Positions 48,985 to 58,700 of a DNA stretch of 64,000 nucleotides are shown one piece after another. Position numbers and translations under genes: made by a program. Every line of letters starts with the position of its first letter. Positions within the stretch are counted from its first letter, which is position 1. The notes beneath the pieces are model-generated. The model did not search any database and had not been told where the DNA came from. It was given only the letters and a program-made list of their open reading frames with translations. Source of the stretch: an uncultured Bacteroidota bacterium (GTDB lineage Bacteria > Bacteroidota > Ignavibacteria > Ignavibacteriales > Ignavibacteriaceae); contig CAVQBN010000011.1 of assembly GCA_963710735.1 (NCBI GenBank), positions 10,682 through 74,681 on the forward strand, written 5' to 3'.

Positions 48985-51573
48985 ATGGAACTATTAGAAC
49001 GTGAAAAATATTTAGAAGAATTAGAAAGAACTTTCAGCAGCTTATCAGAAGGCGGTGGATTCGTTGTACTTATTTCAGGTGAAGCAGGAATCGGTAAAAC
49101 CTCTTTAGTTGAAACTTTTCTGAATAAAATTGAAGGTAAAGCAAATATTTTGTGGGGTGCCTGCGATGCTTTATTTACACCGCGTCCATTGGGCCCTCTT
49201 TATGACATTGCCGCACAATTAAAAAACGGTTTGTTAAATCTTTTGAAAACCCAGTCTTCACGTACAGAAATTTTCCAGAAACTTCTTGAAGATATTCAAA
49301 ACACAAAACAACCGAACTGTTTAATCATGGAGGATATCCACTGGGCTGATGAATCAACTCTTGATTTAATAAAATTTTTGGGTAGAAGGACAAATCAATT
49401 AAATTCAATTTTTATTATTACCTATCGTGATGATGAACTCGGTCCTGAACACCCGTTAAGATTGGTCCTTGGAGACATTCTCTCAAAAAATTTAATCAGA
49501 TTAAAACTTCCGCCATTAACGGAAAAAACTGTTAATGATCTTGCGGATACATATGATATAAAAAATTTATTTGAAATTACCGGCGGCAATCCTTTCTTAA
49601 TAAATGAATTATTAAGCAGTAAAGATGAAGGAGTTCCTGCAACAATTAAAGATTCTATTCTAACAAGAATATCACGCCTTTCTGTTGAAGCTAAGAATTT
49701 AATAGAATTAATTTCTGTTATACCTACAAGAGTAGAAAATTGGCTTGTTGATGAAGTAATAAGTCCAAATTTAAAATTACTTGATGAATGTTTTAACTCA
49801 GGCATTCTTCGACTGGAAGATGAAGCAATTTCATTTAAACATGAATTAAGCAGGATGGCTGTGGAAGAATCTTTAAGTGAATCGAAAAGACAACATTTAA
49901 ATGAAAAAGTACTCCAAATTCTACTTAAGCAGGAAAGAATTGAAGATTATTTAGCAAGAATAATTCACCATGCAGTAAGAGGTCATGATAAGGGGGTAAT
50001 TATTAAATATGCTGCTGATGCAGCCAGGCAGGCTTCGAAACTAGGCGCACACAGATTAGCCGCTAATCATTATCAAAACGCTTTAAGATTTGTTGATAAC
50101 CTTCCTATTGAGAAACAACTGGAACTTTATGAAGGCAGATCGTATGAGTGTTATTTAACAAGCCAGGTTGAAGAAGCCATAAAGGCAGGCGAGATTATTA
50201 TAGAAATTCTTAAAAAACATCCGGATCCTGAACGCGAAGGCGAAAACTATAGAAAGATGTCTAGAATGTTTTGGTATAACTGCCAAGATATAAAAGGCGA
50301 GGAATATCTTGATAAAGCAATTCAAATATTTGAAACTCTTCCGCCCGAAAAGAAACTGGCAATGGCTTATAGTAACAAATCCGGGATTTATATGATTAGG
50401 GGGAATAAGGATTTAGCAGTTAAGTGGGGTGAAAAAGCCATTAACCTTGCGAGGAGTTTAAATGATTTAGATACTGAAATACACGCACTAAATAATATTG
50501 GCTGTGCAAAAATGGCCGCAGATGATAAAACCGGAGAAGATTATTTAAAAAGAAGTCTTCAACTTTCTCTTCAAAATGATTTTTTCGAACATGCGGCAAG
50601 AGCTTATACAAATTTGGGTTCTTGTTACTTGGAGCAACGAAATCTTTCCGAAGCAGACAAGTATTTTGCAACAGGATTGGAATATTGCAATGGAAAAGAT
50701 CTGTTCACATACGGTCTTTGTCTTGTAGGACATTATGCATACGCCAAATTGTGTTTAGGCAAATGGGAAGAAGCAATAGAATTGTCGAATGTAATTTTAA
50801 AAAGAGACGATCTTGCTGCAGCAAACAGTATTATTCCGTTATGTGTATTGGGATTGATTAGAGCAAGGCGAAACGATCCCGGATTTATAGAGCTTCTTGA
50901 TAAATCATATTCGCTGGCTTTCGAAATTGGGGAAATGGAAAAAATTGTTATTGTTACCGCTGCAAGGGCTGAAAAATTCTGGCTTCAGAATACGCTAAAT
51001 GATATCATTGATGAAATAGAATCAGTTTATTTAAAAGAAAAAGAATCGAAAAATATCTGGAATATCGGCGTATTTGCTTACTGGTTGTGGAAAGGAAATC
51101 GTCTTTCTGAAATTCCACAAAATATTGCAGAGCCGTATCTTCTGCAAATAAAAGGTGAATGGAAATCCGCAGCGAAATTATGGGAAAAGCTCAATTGTCC
51201 TTATGAACAAGCTATGGCACTCAGCGAAGGTGATGAAGCGGCAATGAAGCATGCAATCGAAATTTTTGAAAGTTTCGGCGCATCTGCAGCGTCTCAATTG
51301 ATTAAGCAGAAAATGAGGAAGCAGGGAGTTAAAAGCATACCTAAAGGACCAATAAAAGCTACTAGGAAAAACCCAGCCGGTTTAACAACAAGGCAGGTAG
51401 AAGTTTTGAAACTTTTAGGAAAAGGTTTAAGTAATAATGAAATCGGAAATAAACTTTTTATTTCACCAAAAACAGTTGATCACCACATTTCCGCAATATT
51501 ATCCAAACTAAATATTCATTCCAGATTTGAAGCTGCAGCATTTGTTAATTCAAATAAGTCCATCAAATTATAG
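48985..51573 (+). CDS. large ATP-binding LuxR-family regulator (LAL/MalT-like), tandem paralog 2
   Basis: Same architecture: GEAGIGKT, LIMEDIHWADESTLDLIKFLGRR, TPR-like core and LTTRQVEVLKLLGKGLSNNEIGNKLFISPKTVDHHISAILSKL. Confidence 0.85.
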   Translation: MELLEREKYLEELERTFSSLSEGGGFVVLISGEAGIGKTSLVETFLNKIEGKANILWGACDALFTPRPLGPLYDIAAQLKNGLLNLLKTQSSRTEIFQKLLEDIQNTKQPNCLIMEDIHWADESTLDLIKFLGRRTNQLNSIFIITYRDDELGPEHPLRLVLGDILSKNLIRLKLPPLTEKTVNDLADTYDIKNLFEITGGNPFLINELLSSKDEGVPATIKDSILTRISRLSVEAKNLIELISVIPTRVENWLVDEVISPNLKLLDECFNSGILRLEDEAISFKHELSRMAVEESLSESKRQHLNEKVLQILLKQERIEDYLARIIHHAVRGHDKGVIIKYAADAARQASKLGAHRLAANHYQNALRFVDNLPIEKQLELYEGRSYECYLTSQVEEAIKAGEIIIEILKKHPDPEREGENYRKMSRMFWYNCQDIKGEEYLDKAIQIFETLPPEKKLAMAYSNKSGIYMIRGNKDLAVKWGEKAINLARSLNDLDTEIHALNNIGCAKMAADDKTGEDYLKRSLQLSLQNDFFEHAARAYTNLGSCYLEQRNLSEADKYFATGLEYCNGKDLFTYGLCLVGHYAYAKLCLGKWEEAIELSNVILKRDDLAAANSIIPLCVLGLIRARRNDPGFIELLDKSYSLAFEIGEMEKIVIVTAARAEKFWLQNTLNDIIDEIESVYLKEKESKNIWNIGVFAYWLWKGNRLSEIPQNIAEPYLLQIKGEWKSAAKLWEKLNCPYEQAMALSEGDEAAMKHAIEIFESFGASAASQLIKQKMRKQGVKSIPKGPIKATRKNPAGLTTRQVEVLKLLGKGLSNNEIGNKLFISPKTVDHHISAILSKLNIHSRFEAAAFVNSNKSIKL

Positions 51574-51582
51574 GCTGGGCTA

Positions 51583-54174
51583 ATGCAATTATTAGAACGT
51601 GAAAAATATTTAGTAGAATTAGAAAAATCCTTTTACAACTTGTCAGACGGAGGAGGATTCATTGTTTTAATTTCAGGCGAAGCAGGCATCGGTAAAACAA
51701 CTTTAGTTGAAACTTTTTTAGAGAAAATTAAAAACAAAGCGAATATTTTGTGGGGTGCCTGTGATGCATTGTTTACACCACGCCCTTTGGGACCGCTTTA
51801 TGATATTTCGACTCAGATGAAGAATGGTTTATTTAGATTATTGGATAACCGATCTCCCAGGGAAATAATATTTGCAAAGTTCCTTGAAGAACTTCAGAAT
51901 AGTAAACTCCCGAATGTGGTAATTATAGAAGATGCCCATTGGGCTGATGAATCTACATTAGACCTTATTAAATTTTTTGGCAGAAGAGTTGGTAGAATCT
52001 GCTCTCTTTTTATAATAACCTTTAGAAACGATGAAATAAGTCCTAATCACCCTTTAAGGTTGGTTATGGGTGATATTCCTTCTAAAAATCTTGTTAGGAT
52101 AAAACTACCTCACCTAACAAAAGAAACAGTTGATCATCTTGCCGATTCTAACGGGGTAAAGAATTTATATGAAATAACCGGCGGTAATCCTTTTTTGATT
52201 TATGAATTACTAACTAATAAAGATGAATCGATACCATCAACAATAAAAGATTCGATCTTGGCAAGAATATCCCGCCTTTCCGATAAGGCCCGTAATTTAG
52301 TTGCATTGGTCTCTATTATCCCGACGCGTGCTGAAAAATGGCTGATAAATGAAATTTTTCCTTTGAATAATGAGATTCTTAATGAATGTTTAAACTCAGG
52401 TATTTTAAAATCGGATGTAAACTCAATTTCTTTCAAACATGAATTAAGCAGAATGGCGGTGGAGGAATCTTTAAGTGAAACCCAAAGGCAAGTATTAAAT
52501 AAAGATGTTCTTCAAATTCTTCTGAAACAGGAAAAGATTGATAATTATCTGGCAAGGATAATTCATCATGCATTAAGAGTACCGGACAAAGAAGTCTTAA
52601 TTAATTATTCACAACTAGCAGCTAAGCAGGCATCTGCTTTAAGTGCTCACAGCTTAGCCGCGGATCACTATCAAAATGCTTTAAAGTTTATTGACAATCT
52701 TCCTCTGATGATGCAGTTGGAGTTTTATGAAGGAAGATCATACGAATGTTATTTAACCGGACAAATTGAAGAAAGCATTAAAGCATGTAATGCAATAATT
52801 GAAATATTTAAAGAATATTCCGATCCATATCGCGAAGGGGAAAATTATCGAATATTATCAAGGTCACTTTGGTATGCCGGTTATGATTTAAAGGCAGAAG
52901 AGTCTCTTTTCAAAGCTATAGAAATACTTGAAAAAATACCGCCAGGTAAGCAGCTTGCAATGTCGTACAGTAATTTGTCGCAGCTTTACCATTGCAGGGA
53001 TGAATGGAAACTAGCCGTAGAGTGGGGAGGAAAGGCTTATGACTTAGCAAAAAGAATAAATAATTCTGAGGTTATGATACATTCTCTTAACAATATCGGT
53101 ACCAGCAGTTTACTTGCCGGAGATGATGCCGGAGAACCTTTTTTGAAAGAAAGCCTTGATTTATCTCTTAAGAATAAATTTCACGAACATGCTGCTCGCG
53201 CTTATGATAATTTTGGAATCAGTTATGTGTGGAGAAGAGACTTACTCAAGGCAGACAAATATTTTAGTGCGGGATTAGAATATTGTTATGAAAAAGATAT
53301 TGATACTTTAGGTTTATGTATAGCCGGGTACAATACAAAAACCAAATTATATTTAGGTAATTGGGACGAAGCAGTAGAATCTGCAAGTTCAGTTTTAAAA
53401 AGGAATAATATCCCTCTAATAAATAAAATTGTTCCATTATATGTAATCGGAGTTATCCGGTTAAGGCGCGGTGATCCCGGTGCGATGAGTGTTTTGAATG
53501 AGTTAAATTCTCTCGGAGAGAATATTGAGGAAGTTGTTGACATGATAGTACCCATCAAGTCCCTAAAAGCCGAAGCATTATGGATGGATAATAAACCCGA
53601 AAAGATAATTGAGGAAGTTGAACCGGTTTACAATAAAATAAATGGGAGATATAATCATTGGGCTATCGGAGAACTTGCATACTGGCTTTGGAAAGCAAAT
53701 CATCTTTTTGAAATTCCTGAAAGGATAGCAAAACCGTATCTTTTACAGATTAAAGGGGAATGGAAAGCTTCTGCAGAATTATGGAAAGAATTGAAATGTC
53801 CGTTTGAACAAGCCTTGGCTTTAAGTGAAGGAAATGAAAACAGTATGAAAGCGGCAATTGAAATCTTTGAACATTTGGGAGCTTCTGCAACTTCTCAAAA
53901 AATTAGAAAATCAATGAGAGAGGTAGGTATAAAAAGCATTCCCAAAGGACCAAGAAAAACAACAAGAAAAAACCCAGCAGGTTTAACAACAAGGCAGGTA
54001 GAAGTTTTAAACCTTCTTGGTAAAGGATTAAGCAATAATGAAATCGGAAGTAAACTTTTTATTTCACCAAAGACTGTTGATCACCATATTTCTGCGATAT
54101 TAACCAAACTAAATATTCACTCCCGCTATGAAGCTGCTGCTTTTGTTCAAAACAATTCAATAATTCAAAAATAG
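51583..54174 (+). CDS. large ATP-binding LuxR-family regulator (LAL/MalT-like), tandem paralog 3
   Basis: Same architecture: GEAGIGKT, VVIIEDAHWADESTLDLIKFFGRR, TPR-like core and LTTRQVEVLNLLGKGLSNNEIGSKLFISPKTVDHHISAILTKL. Confidence 0.85.
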   Translation: MQLLEREKYLVELEKSFYNLSDGGGFIVLISGEAGIGKTTLVETFLEKIKNKANILWGACDALFTPRPLGPLYDISTQMKNGLFRLLDNRSPREIIFAKFLEELQNSKLPNVVIIEDAHWADESTLDLIKFFGRRVGRICSLFIITFRNDEISPNHPLRLVMGDIPSKNLVRIKLPHLTKETVDHLADSNGVKNLYEITGGNPFLIYELLTNKDESIPSTIKDSILARISRLSDKARNLVALVSIIPTRAEKWLINEIFPLNNEILNECLNSGILKSDVNSISFKHELSRMAVEESLSETQRQVLNKDVLQILLKQEKIDNYLARIIHHALRVPDKEVLINYSQLAAKQASALSAHSLAADHYQNALKFIDNLPLMMQLEFYEGRSYECYLTGQIEESIKACNAIIEIFKEYSDPYREGENYRILSRSLWYAGYDLKAEESLFKAIEILEKIPPGKQLAMSYSNLSQLYHCRDEWKLAVEWGGKAYDLAKRINNSEVMIHSLNNIGTSSLLAGDDAGEPFLKESLDLSLKNKFHEHAARAYDNFGISYVWRRDLLKADKYFSAGLEYCYEKDIDTLGLCIAGYNTKTKLYLGNWDEAVESASSVLKRNNIPLINKIVPLYVIGVIRLRRGDPGAMSVLNELNSLGENIEEVVDMIVPIKSLKAEALWMDNKPEKIIEEVEPVYNKINGRYNHWAIGELAYWLWKANHLFEIPERIAKPYLLQIKGEWKASAELWKELKCPFEQALALSEGNENSMKAAIEIFEHLGASATSQKIRKSMREVGIKSIPKGPRKTTRKNPAGLTTRQVEVLNLLGKGLSNNEIGSKLFISPKTVDHHISAILTKLNIHSRYEAAAFVQNNSIIQK

Positions 54175-54279
54175 GGAATGATTTCTTATAATATAGGGAA
54201 TTCTCCCGATTCGATTCAAAATCATTAAAACTAAATTAACCTCCACAAATAATTCATAATTTAAAAAACTGGAGGTAAC

Positions 54280-54552
54280 ATGCCTAGATATCTTATCGAA
54301 AGAACTTTTCCGGATGGATTGTTAATTCCAGTAACTGAAGATGGTGCAAAATACTGCTTAAATGTTATATACAATAACACCGATGAAAATGTTACTTGGA
54401 TTCACTCTTACGTGAGCGACGACAAAAAGAAAACTTTCTGTATTTACGATGCACCCACTCCTGAAGCAGTGAGAAAAGTAGCAAATAAGAACAAACTGCC
54501 GATTGATAAAATAACCGAAGTGACTGTCCTAGATCCATATTTTTATAAATAA
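54280..54552 (+). CDS. DUF4242-family small protein (divergent copy B)
   Basis: MPRYLIERTFPDGL...VTWIHSYVSDDKKKTFCIYDAPTPEAVRKVA..NKLPIDKITEVTVLDPYFY. GGAGG lies upstream of the ATG. Confidence 0.8.
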   Translation: MPRYLIERTFPDGLLIPVTEDGAKYCLNVIYNNTDENVTWIHSYVSDDKKKTFCIYDAPTPEAVRKVANKNKLPIDKITEVTVLDPYFYK

Positions 54553-54569
54553 TTTAAAAAGGAGTTATT

Positions 54570-55157
54570 ATGAAAAAGTTGACTTTTATTCTAGCATGCC
54601 TGTTTTCATTAACATTTATTTTAATGATTGGCTGTCAGAATTCTTCAATGGAAGAACCTACTGCAGTTCAAACACAACCCGCTGGTATTACATCCGGTAA
54701 TCCGCAAGGATTATCAAAATCCTATTCCAGTACTTATGCACCGGAACTGCAAAAAGAATTAGCTCTTGCAAGATCTGCCACAGCAAAGTACCATGATATA
54801 AGTAAGGCAATCGCAGATGGTTATGCAGACATAGATGTTGTAGTGCAGAATATGGGATATCATTATATGGATACTGAAAATGTTAAGGATACATTTGATC
54901 CCGCGAAACCGGCATTGCTCGTTTATTCAAAAAACCCGGTAAATGGAAACATGAGATTGGTTGCAGTGGAATATGCTATTCCCAATACCGATCCTAGACC
55001 TGAGGGATTTGCGGGAGATGCCGACGTATGGGAAAATAATCCTGATTTTCACTTATGGCTCTGCCATGCATGGGTATGGTACAATAATCCTAATGGTATG
55101 TTCAATGAATTTAACCCGCGTGTGCATGTTGCTGAAAGTGATATTACTTATCCATAA
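54570..55157 (+). CDS. lipoprotein of unknown function
   Basis: Signal peptide with lipobox (FILMIGC). 195 aa with a conserved-looking core ATAKYHDISKAIADGYADIDVVVQNMGYHYM and a Trp/His-rich C-terminus. GGAG lies upstream. The gene starts 17 nt after DUF4242 copy B. Confidence 0.6.
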   Translation: MKKLTFILACLFSLTFILMIGCQNSSMEEPTAVQTQPAGITSGNPQGLSKSYSSTYAPELQKELALARSATAKYHDISKAIADGYADIDVVVQNMGYHYMDTENVKDTFDPAKPALLVYSKNPVNGNMRLVAVEYAIPNTDPRPEGFAGDADVWENNPDFHLWLCHAWVWYNNPNGMFNEFNPRVHVAESDITYP

Positions 55158-55188
55158 TTAGTACGAAAAATTTATTAATAATCTTTAG

Positions 55189-55211
55189 GCCCTCATAAAA
55201 GAGGGCTTTTT
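55189..55211 (+). terminator. intrinsic terminator after the lipoprotein gene
   Basis: GCCCTC (55189-55194), loop ATAAAA, GAGGGC (55201-55206), then TTTTT. Confidence 0.65.
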
Positions 55212-55223
55212 AAATAAAAAATT

Positions 55224-55530
55224 TTTTCATAATAGGAGAAGACAAATGCCGAAATATATTATTGAACGAGTTATTCCAGGTGCTGGAGACATGACCCGGG
55301 ATGAACTGAAAGCTGTTTCTGCAAGGTCATGCAATGTTATAAGTGAAATCGGTCCGAAAATCCAATGGATTCACAGCTATGTTACCGGTAATAAAATTTA
55401 TTGTATTTATATTGCACCGGACGAGGAAACTATCCGTGACCATGCCAGCAGGGTTGGAATTCCTGCAAATCATATTGCAATTATCGGTGGAATGATCGAT
55501 CCGACTACTGCTGAGTGACGATTCATAAAA
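55224..55530. repeat. right copy of the about 0.3-kb direct repeat carrying DUF4242 (its distal flank resumes at 55655-55685 after a 135-bp indel)
   Basis: See the left copy at 45684-46009. GATTCATAAA occurs at 55520-55529 and again at 55655-55664. Confidence 0.85.
55246..55518 (+). CDS. DUF4242-family small protein (copy A', one residue different from copy A)
   Basis: The 90-aa product differs from the 45705-45977 product only at R22K. Confidence 0.8.
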   Translation: MPKYIIERVIPGAGDMTRDELKAVSARSCNVISEIGPKIQWIHSYVTGNKIYCIYIAPDEETIRDHASRVGIPANHIAIIGGMIDPTTAE

Positions 55531-55702
55531 ATGTTTTTATAGACAGAATAAAATTTATTTCTGTGGATGGGAAGAGAAATAATTTATACCTATAACCAAT
55601 TCCTGTGTGTTTATTATTCTGAAGAGTTAACAAATGAATTAAGATTAAGTAACAGATTCATAAATGTTCGGATAAGTACAAAAAGAAATTCAAAATAATA
55701 AA

Positions 55703-58700
55703 ATGAATAATAAAGTATTAAAACTTTATAGTTTAATTTTCTTAATAATTTTTTCATTAAGTGAATTTTTATTTGCACAGCTGAATCCAAATAATCTTGT
55801 TCAATTCAACGAAAAGGATGGTCTGCCCGGAGCCGAAATTGGACAAGTAATGCAGGATCATTTGGGTTATATTTGGATACCCTCTTTAAGCGGTCTTACA
55901 AGATATAACGGTTACGAATTTAAAAGATACTTAATGAATCTGCACGATTCTACTTCTATTAAGACCACAATTATAGGTTCATTATTTGAAGATAGTAAAA
56001 GAAATATTTGGATCGGCGGTACAGGAACTATTGATGTTTATAATCCATACAATAAGTCGTTTAAGCAATTTGAAAATGGCGCTTTAAGTGATTTTACCCA
56101 ATTAATTGACATTAATAGTATTTCTGAAAGTGAAAATGGTGTAATTTATTTTGGTGTTTGTGAAAATACAGCACCTGCTTTCAAGAATTCCTCGTCGGAA
56201 ATTTCAAATTGTCTTTTATATTATGATGAAAAGGACGGTATTATTAAAAAATTCCAGCCGCCCAAAGGTATTGTAATAAAGAGAGTGTACCGTTTAAGAT
56301 CCGATTCTAATAAAAATATTTGGGTTCTAAGTAAAAGCGGTTTATTCAAAATTGATAGGAAGAATAATTTCACAAAGATTAAAGCTTTCAACGAAGAGCT
56401 TATAAATAACAACGGTATAATTCATGATTTTAAAATTGATAAAAATGGTATTATTTGGATTACCGGATATAATTCAAAGTTTTTTTCATTTGATACAAAA
56501 ACAGAAAAGACGAATATATATTCTTTAAATGGACTATTTAAAGGCTTTGATAATAAATTAGTTACAAGAGCAATTGCTGTAGATAAATTCAATAATATCT
56601 GGCTTGGCAGTAATCAGGGATTAATATTTTTCGATCGCACAAAAAAGAAATTTGATATCTTCCAAAATGAATCTGACAGACAAATTGAAAGAGCCGACAT
56701 TTACGGATTAAATTTTGATTCATTTGGTTCTCTTTGGATTGGAACGGAATCAAAAGGTTTATTAAAATATGATGAACGAACTCTATTCGAATCATTTAGT
56801 TATAACAAAGTTGAAAATAATTCATTAACCGGCGGATGGGCAAACAGAATTATTGAAGGGAAAAATGGTAAAATTTGGATTACTACTTCTGACGACAATT
56901 TAAATAATTTTGGGCTAAATGAATTTGATCCGAAAACCAGAAAAATAAAACGTTGGTTTATTCAAAAATTTTTACCAAACTGCCATGCTTTATACGGCAT
57001 TTACCAATTGTCTAAAAATCAATTTTACTTAGGAACAGACTTAGGTTTGTTCTTATTTAATTCTACTAATAATTCAATTAAAAAAATTATTTTTAACGGA
57101 TTATCTGAAAATTCGTTTATATATGATTTTTATAATGACACAAAAGGTAACCTATGGCTGTGTACTAACGCGGGTATTTATAAACGAAATAAAGGCAGCG
57201 AAAAGTTTATACATTATTACTTAATTTCTTCTGACAGCTTAAGATCCGTTAGCAATCAAGTAACTAGGGTAATAGAAAGTAAACATTACGGCTTATGGTT
57301 TTGTACCGATAACGGTTTGTTCCTTTATAATTATGATAAAGATAAATTTGAAAGGCGCGGATTTGATATTAAAAGTGGAAGTGTTTTTCCATGTCAGGAT
57401 ATAAATAGTCTGTATGAGGACAAAAATGGAATTGTCTGGGTCGGAGAATGGGAAGGCGGATTAAGCCGGTATAATCCTTTAACCGGAGAAATAAAGAACT
57501 ATTCAACTAATGACGGCCTGCCTTCCATGAACATTCAAGGCATTCTTGGAGATGAAAAAAATAATACATTATGGTTAAGTACATTTGAAGGCCTCGTTCG
57601 TTTTGATAAATCGACTAAACAGTTTACTAATTATACTACTGAAGATGGAATCCAAAGTCAGTTATTTGCCGATGGTTCATATCTTAAAACTTCAACCGGT
57701 CTTTTTATATTCGGCGGCTCAAACGGAATAACGGTTTTCAATCCAAACGATATTGTTAGAAATTCTATTCCACCTAAAGTGTTTTTAACTGATTTAAAGA
57801 TTTCTAATAAATCTATTTTGCCTGGGAAAAATTCCATATTAAAAAAACCTATTTATGATACTGATGAAATAACTTTAGATCATAATGACAACAATATTTC
57901 TATTGACTTTATTGCGCTTCATTATTTGAATCCTTCCAAAAATCAATATGCCTATATTCTAGAAAATTATGAAAAAGAATGGAGGTCAGTCGGAAACCAG
58001 CGCTCTGCTTATTACTCTAATTTACCGCCTGGCGAGTATATGTTTCGTGTCAAGGCTTCAAACAATCATGACTTATGGAATGAAAAAGGTGCCGAACTAA
58101 AAATTATTATTAAACCCCCATGGTGGGAAACATGGTGGGCTTATTTAACTTATGCAGCTTTCACGCTTTTTGCTTTATATTTAATCAGAAGGTATGAAAT
58201 GAATAGAATTTCATATAAACACCAGATTAAAATTAATGAAGCTGTATTGAAGGAAAAAGAAGAAACAGAAAAAATTAAATCACAATTCTTTGCAAATATT
58301 TCACATGAATTCAGAACACCTCTTACTTTAATACTTGGGCCGGCAGAAAAAATAATTACTAATTCTACCAAAGACATTAAAAAGGAAGCCGGAATAATTA
58401 AAACGAATGCCTCAAGACTTCTTCATCTTGTTAATCAATTATTAGACCTTTCAAAATTAGAGTCTGAGAAACTTAAGCTTAAGGCTTCCAAACAGAATAT
58501 AGTATCATTCATAAAATGGATTGCCTTGTCGTTTGAATCTCTATCCGAATCAAAAGACATAACGCTCCAATTAATAACTGAGCAGGAATACATAGAATTA
58601 TACTTTGATAAGGAAAAGATGACCAAGATATTTACAAATATTTTATCAAACGCTTTTAAATTCACTCCTGAAGAAGGAAAAATTACGATAACAATTAAAG

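Larger units (their letters stand above)
46030..54174 (+). repeat. head-to-tail tandem gene array (unit about 2.6 kb; 3 full units plus 1 truncated unit)
   Basis: Start codons at 46384, 48985 and 51583 (spacings 2601 and 2598 nt), with 9-nt spacers (TAG gccggtaaa ATG and similar). The proteins are collinear over their full length. Confidence 0.9.

Noticed and set aside
46384-54174. The tandem STAND-like NTPases could be an Avs/NLR-type antiphage defence array, or the periodic repeats could be mistaken for a CRISPR-like array.
   Set aside because: The repeat unit is a 2.6-kb protein-coding gene, not short repeats and spacers. The C-terminal module is a LuxR/GerE HTH rather than a nuclease, protease or other killing effector. 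The architecture matches LAL/MalT-type transcription factors. A defence role cannot be excluded, but nothing in the sequence supports it.
54961-55161. A 66-aa alternative-frame ORF at the 3' end of the lipoprotein gene.
   Set aside because: It lies entirely within the longer lipoprotein ORF in another frame, and it has no start context or family resemblance.
55530-55654. The 125-bp insert between the GATTCATAAA direct repeats might be a MITE.
   Set aside because: Its ends (ATGTTTTTATAGAC... / ...AAGATTAAGTAACA) show no terminal inverted repeats, and no second copy occurs in this window. I kept it as an indel observation only.
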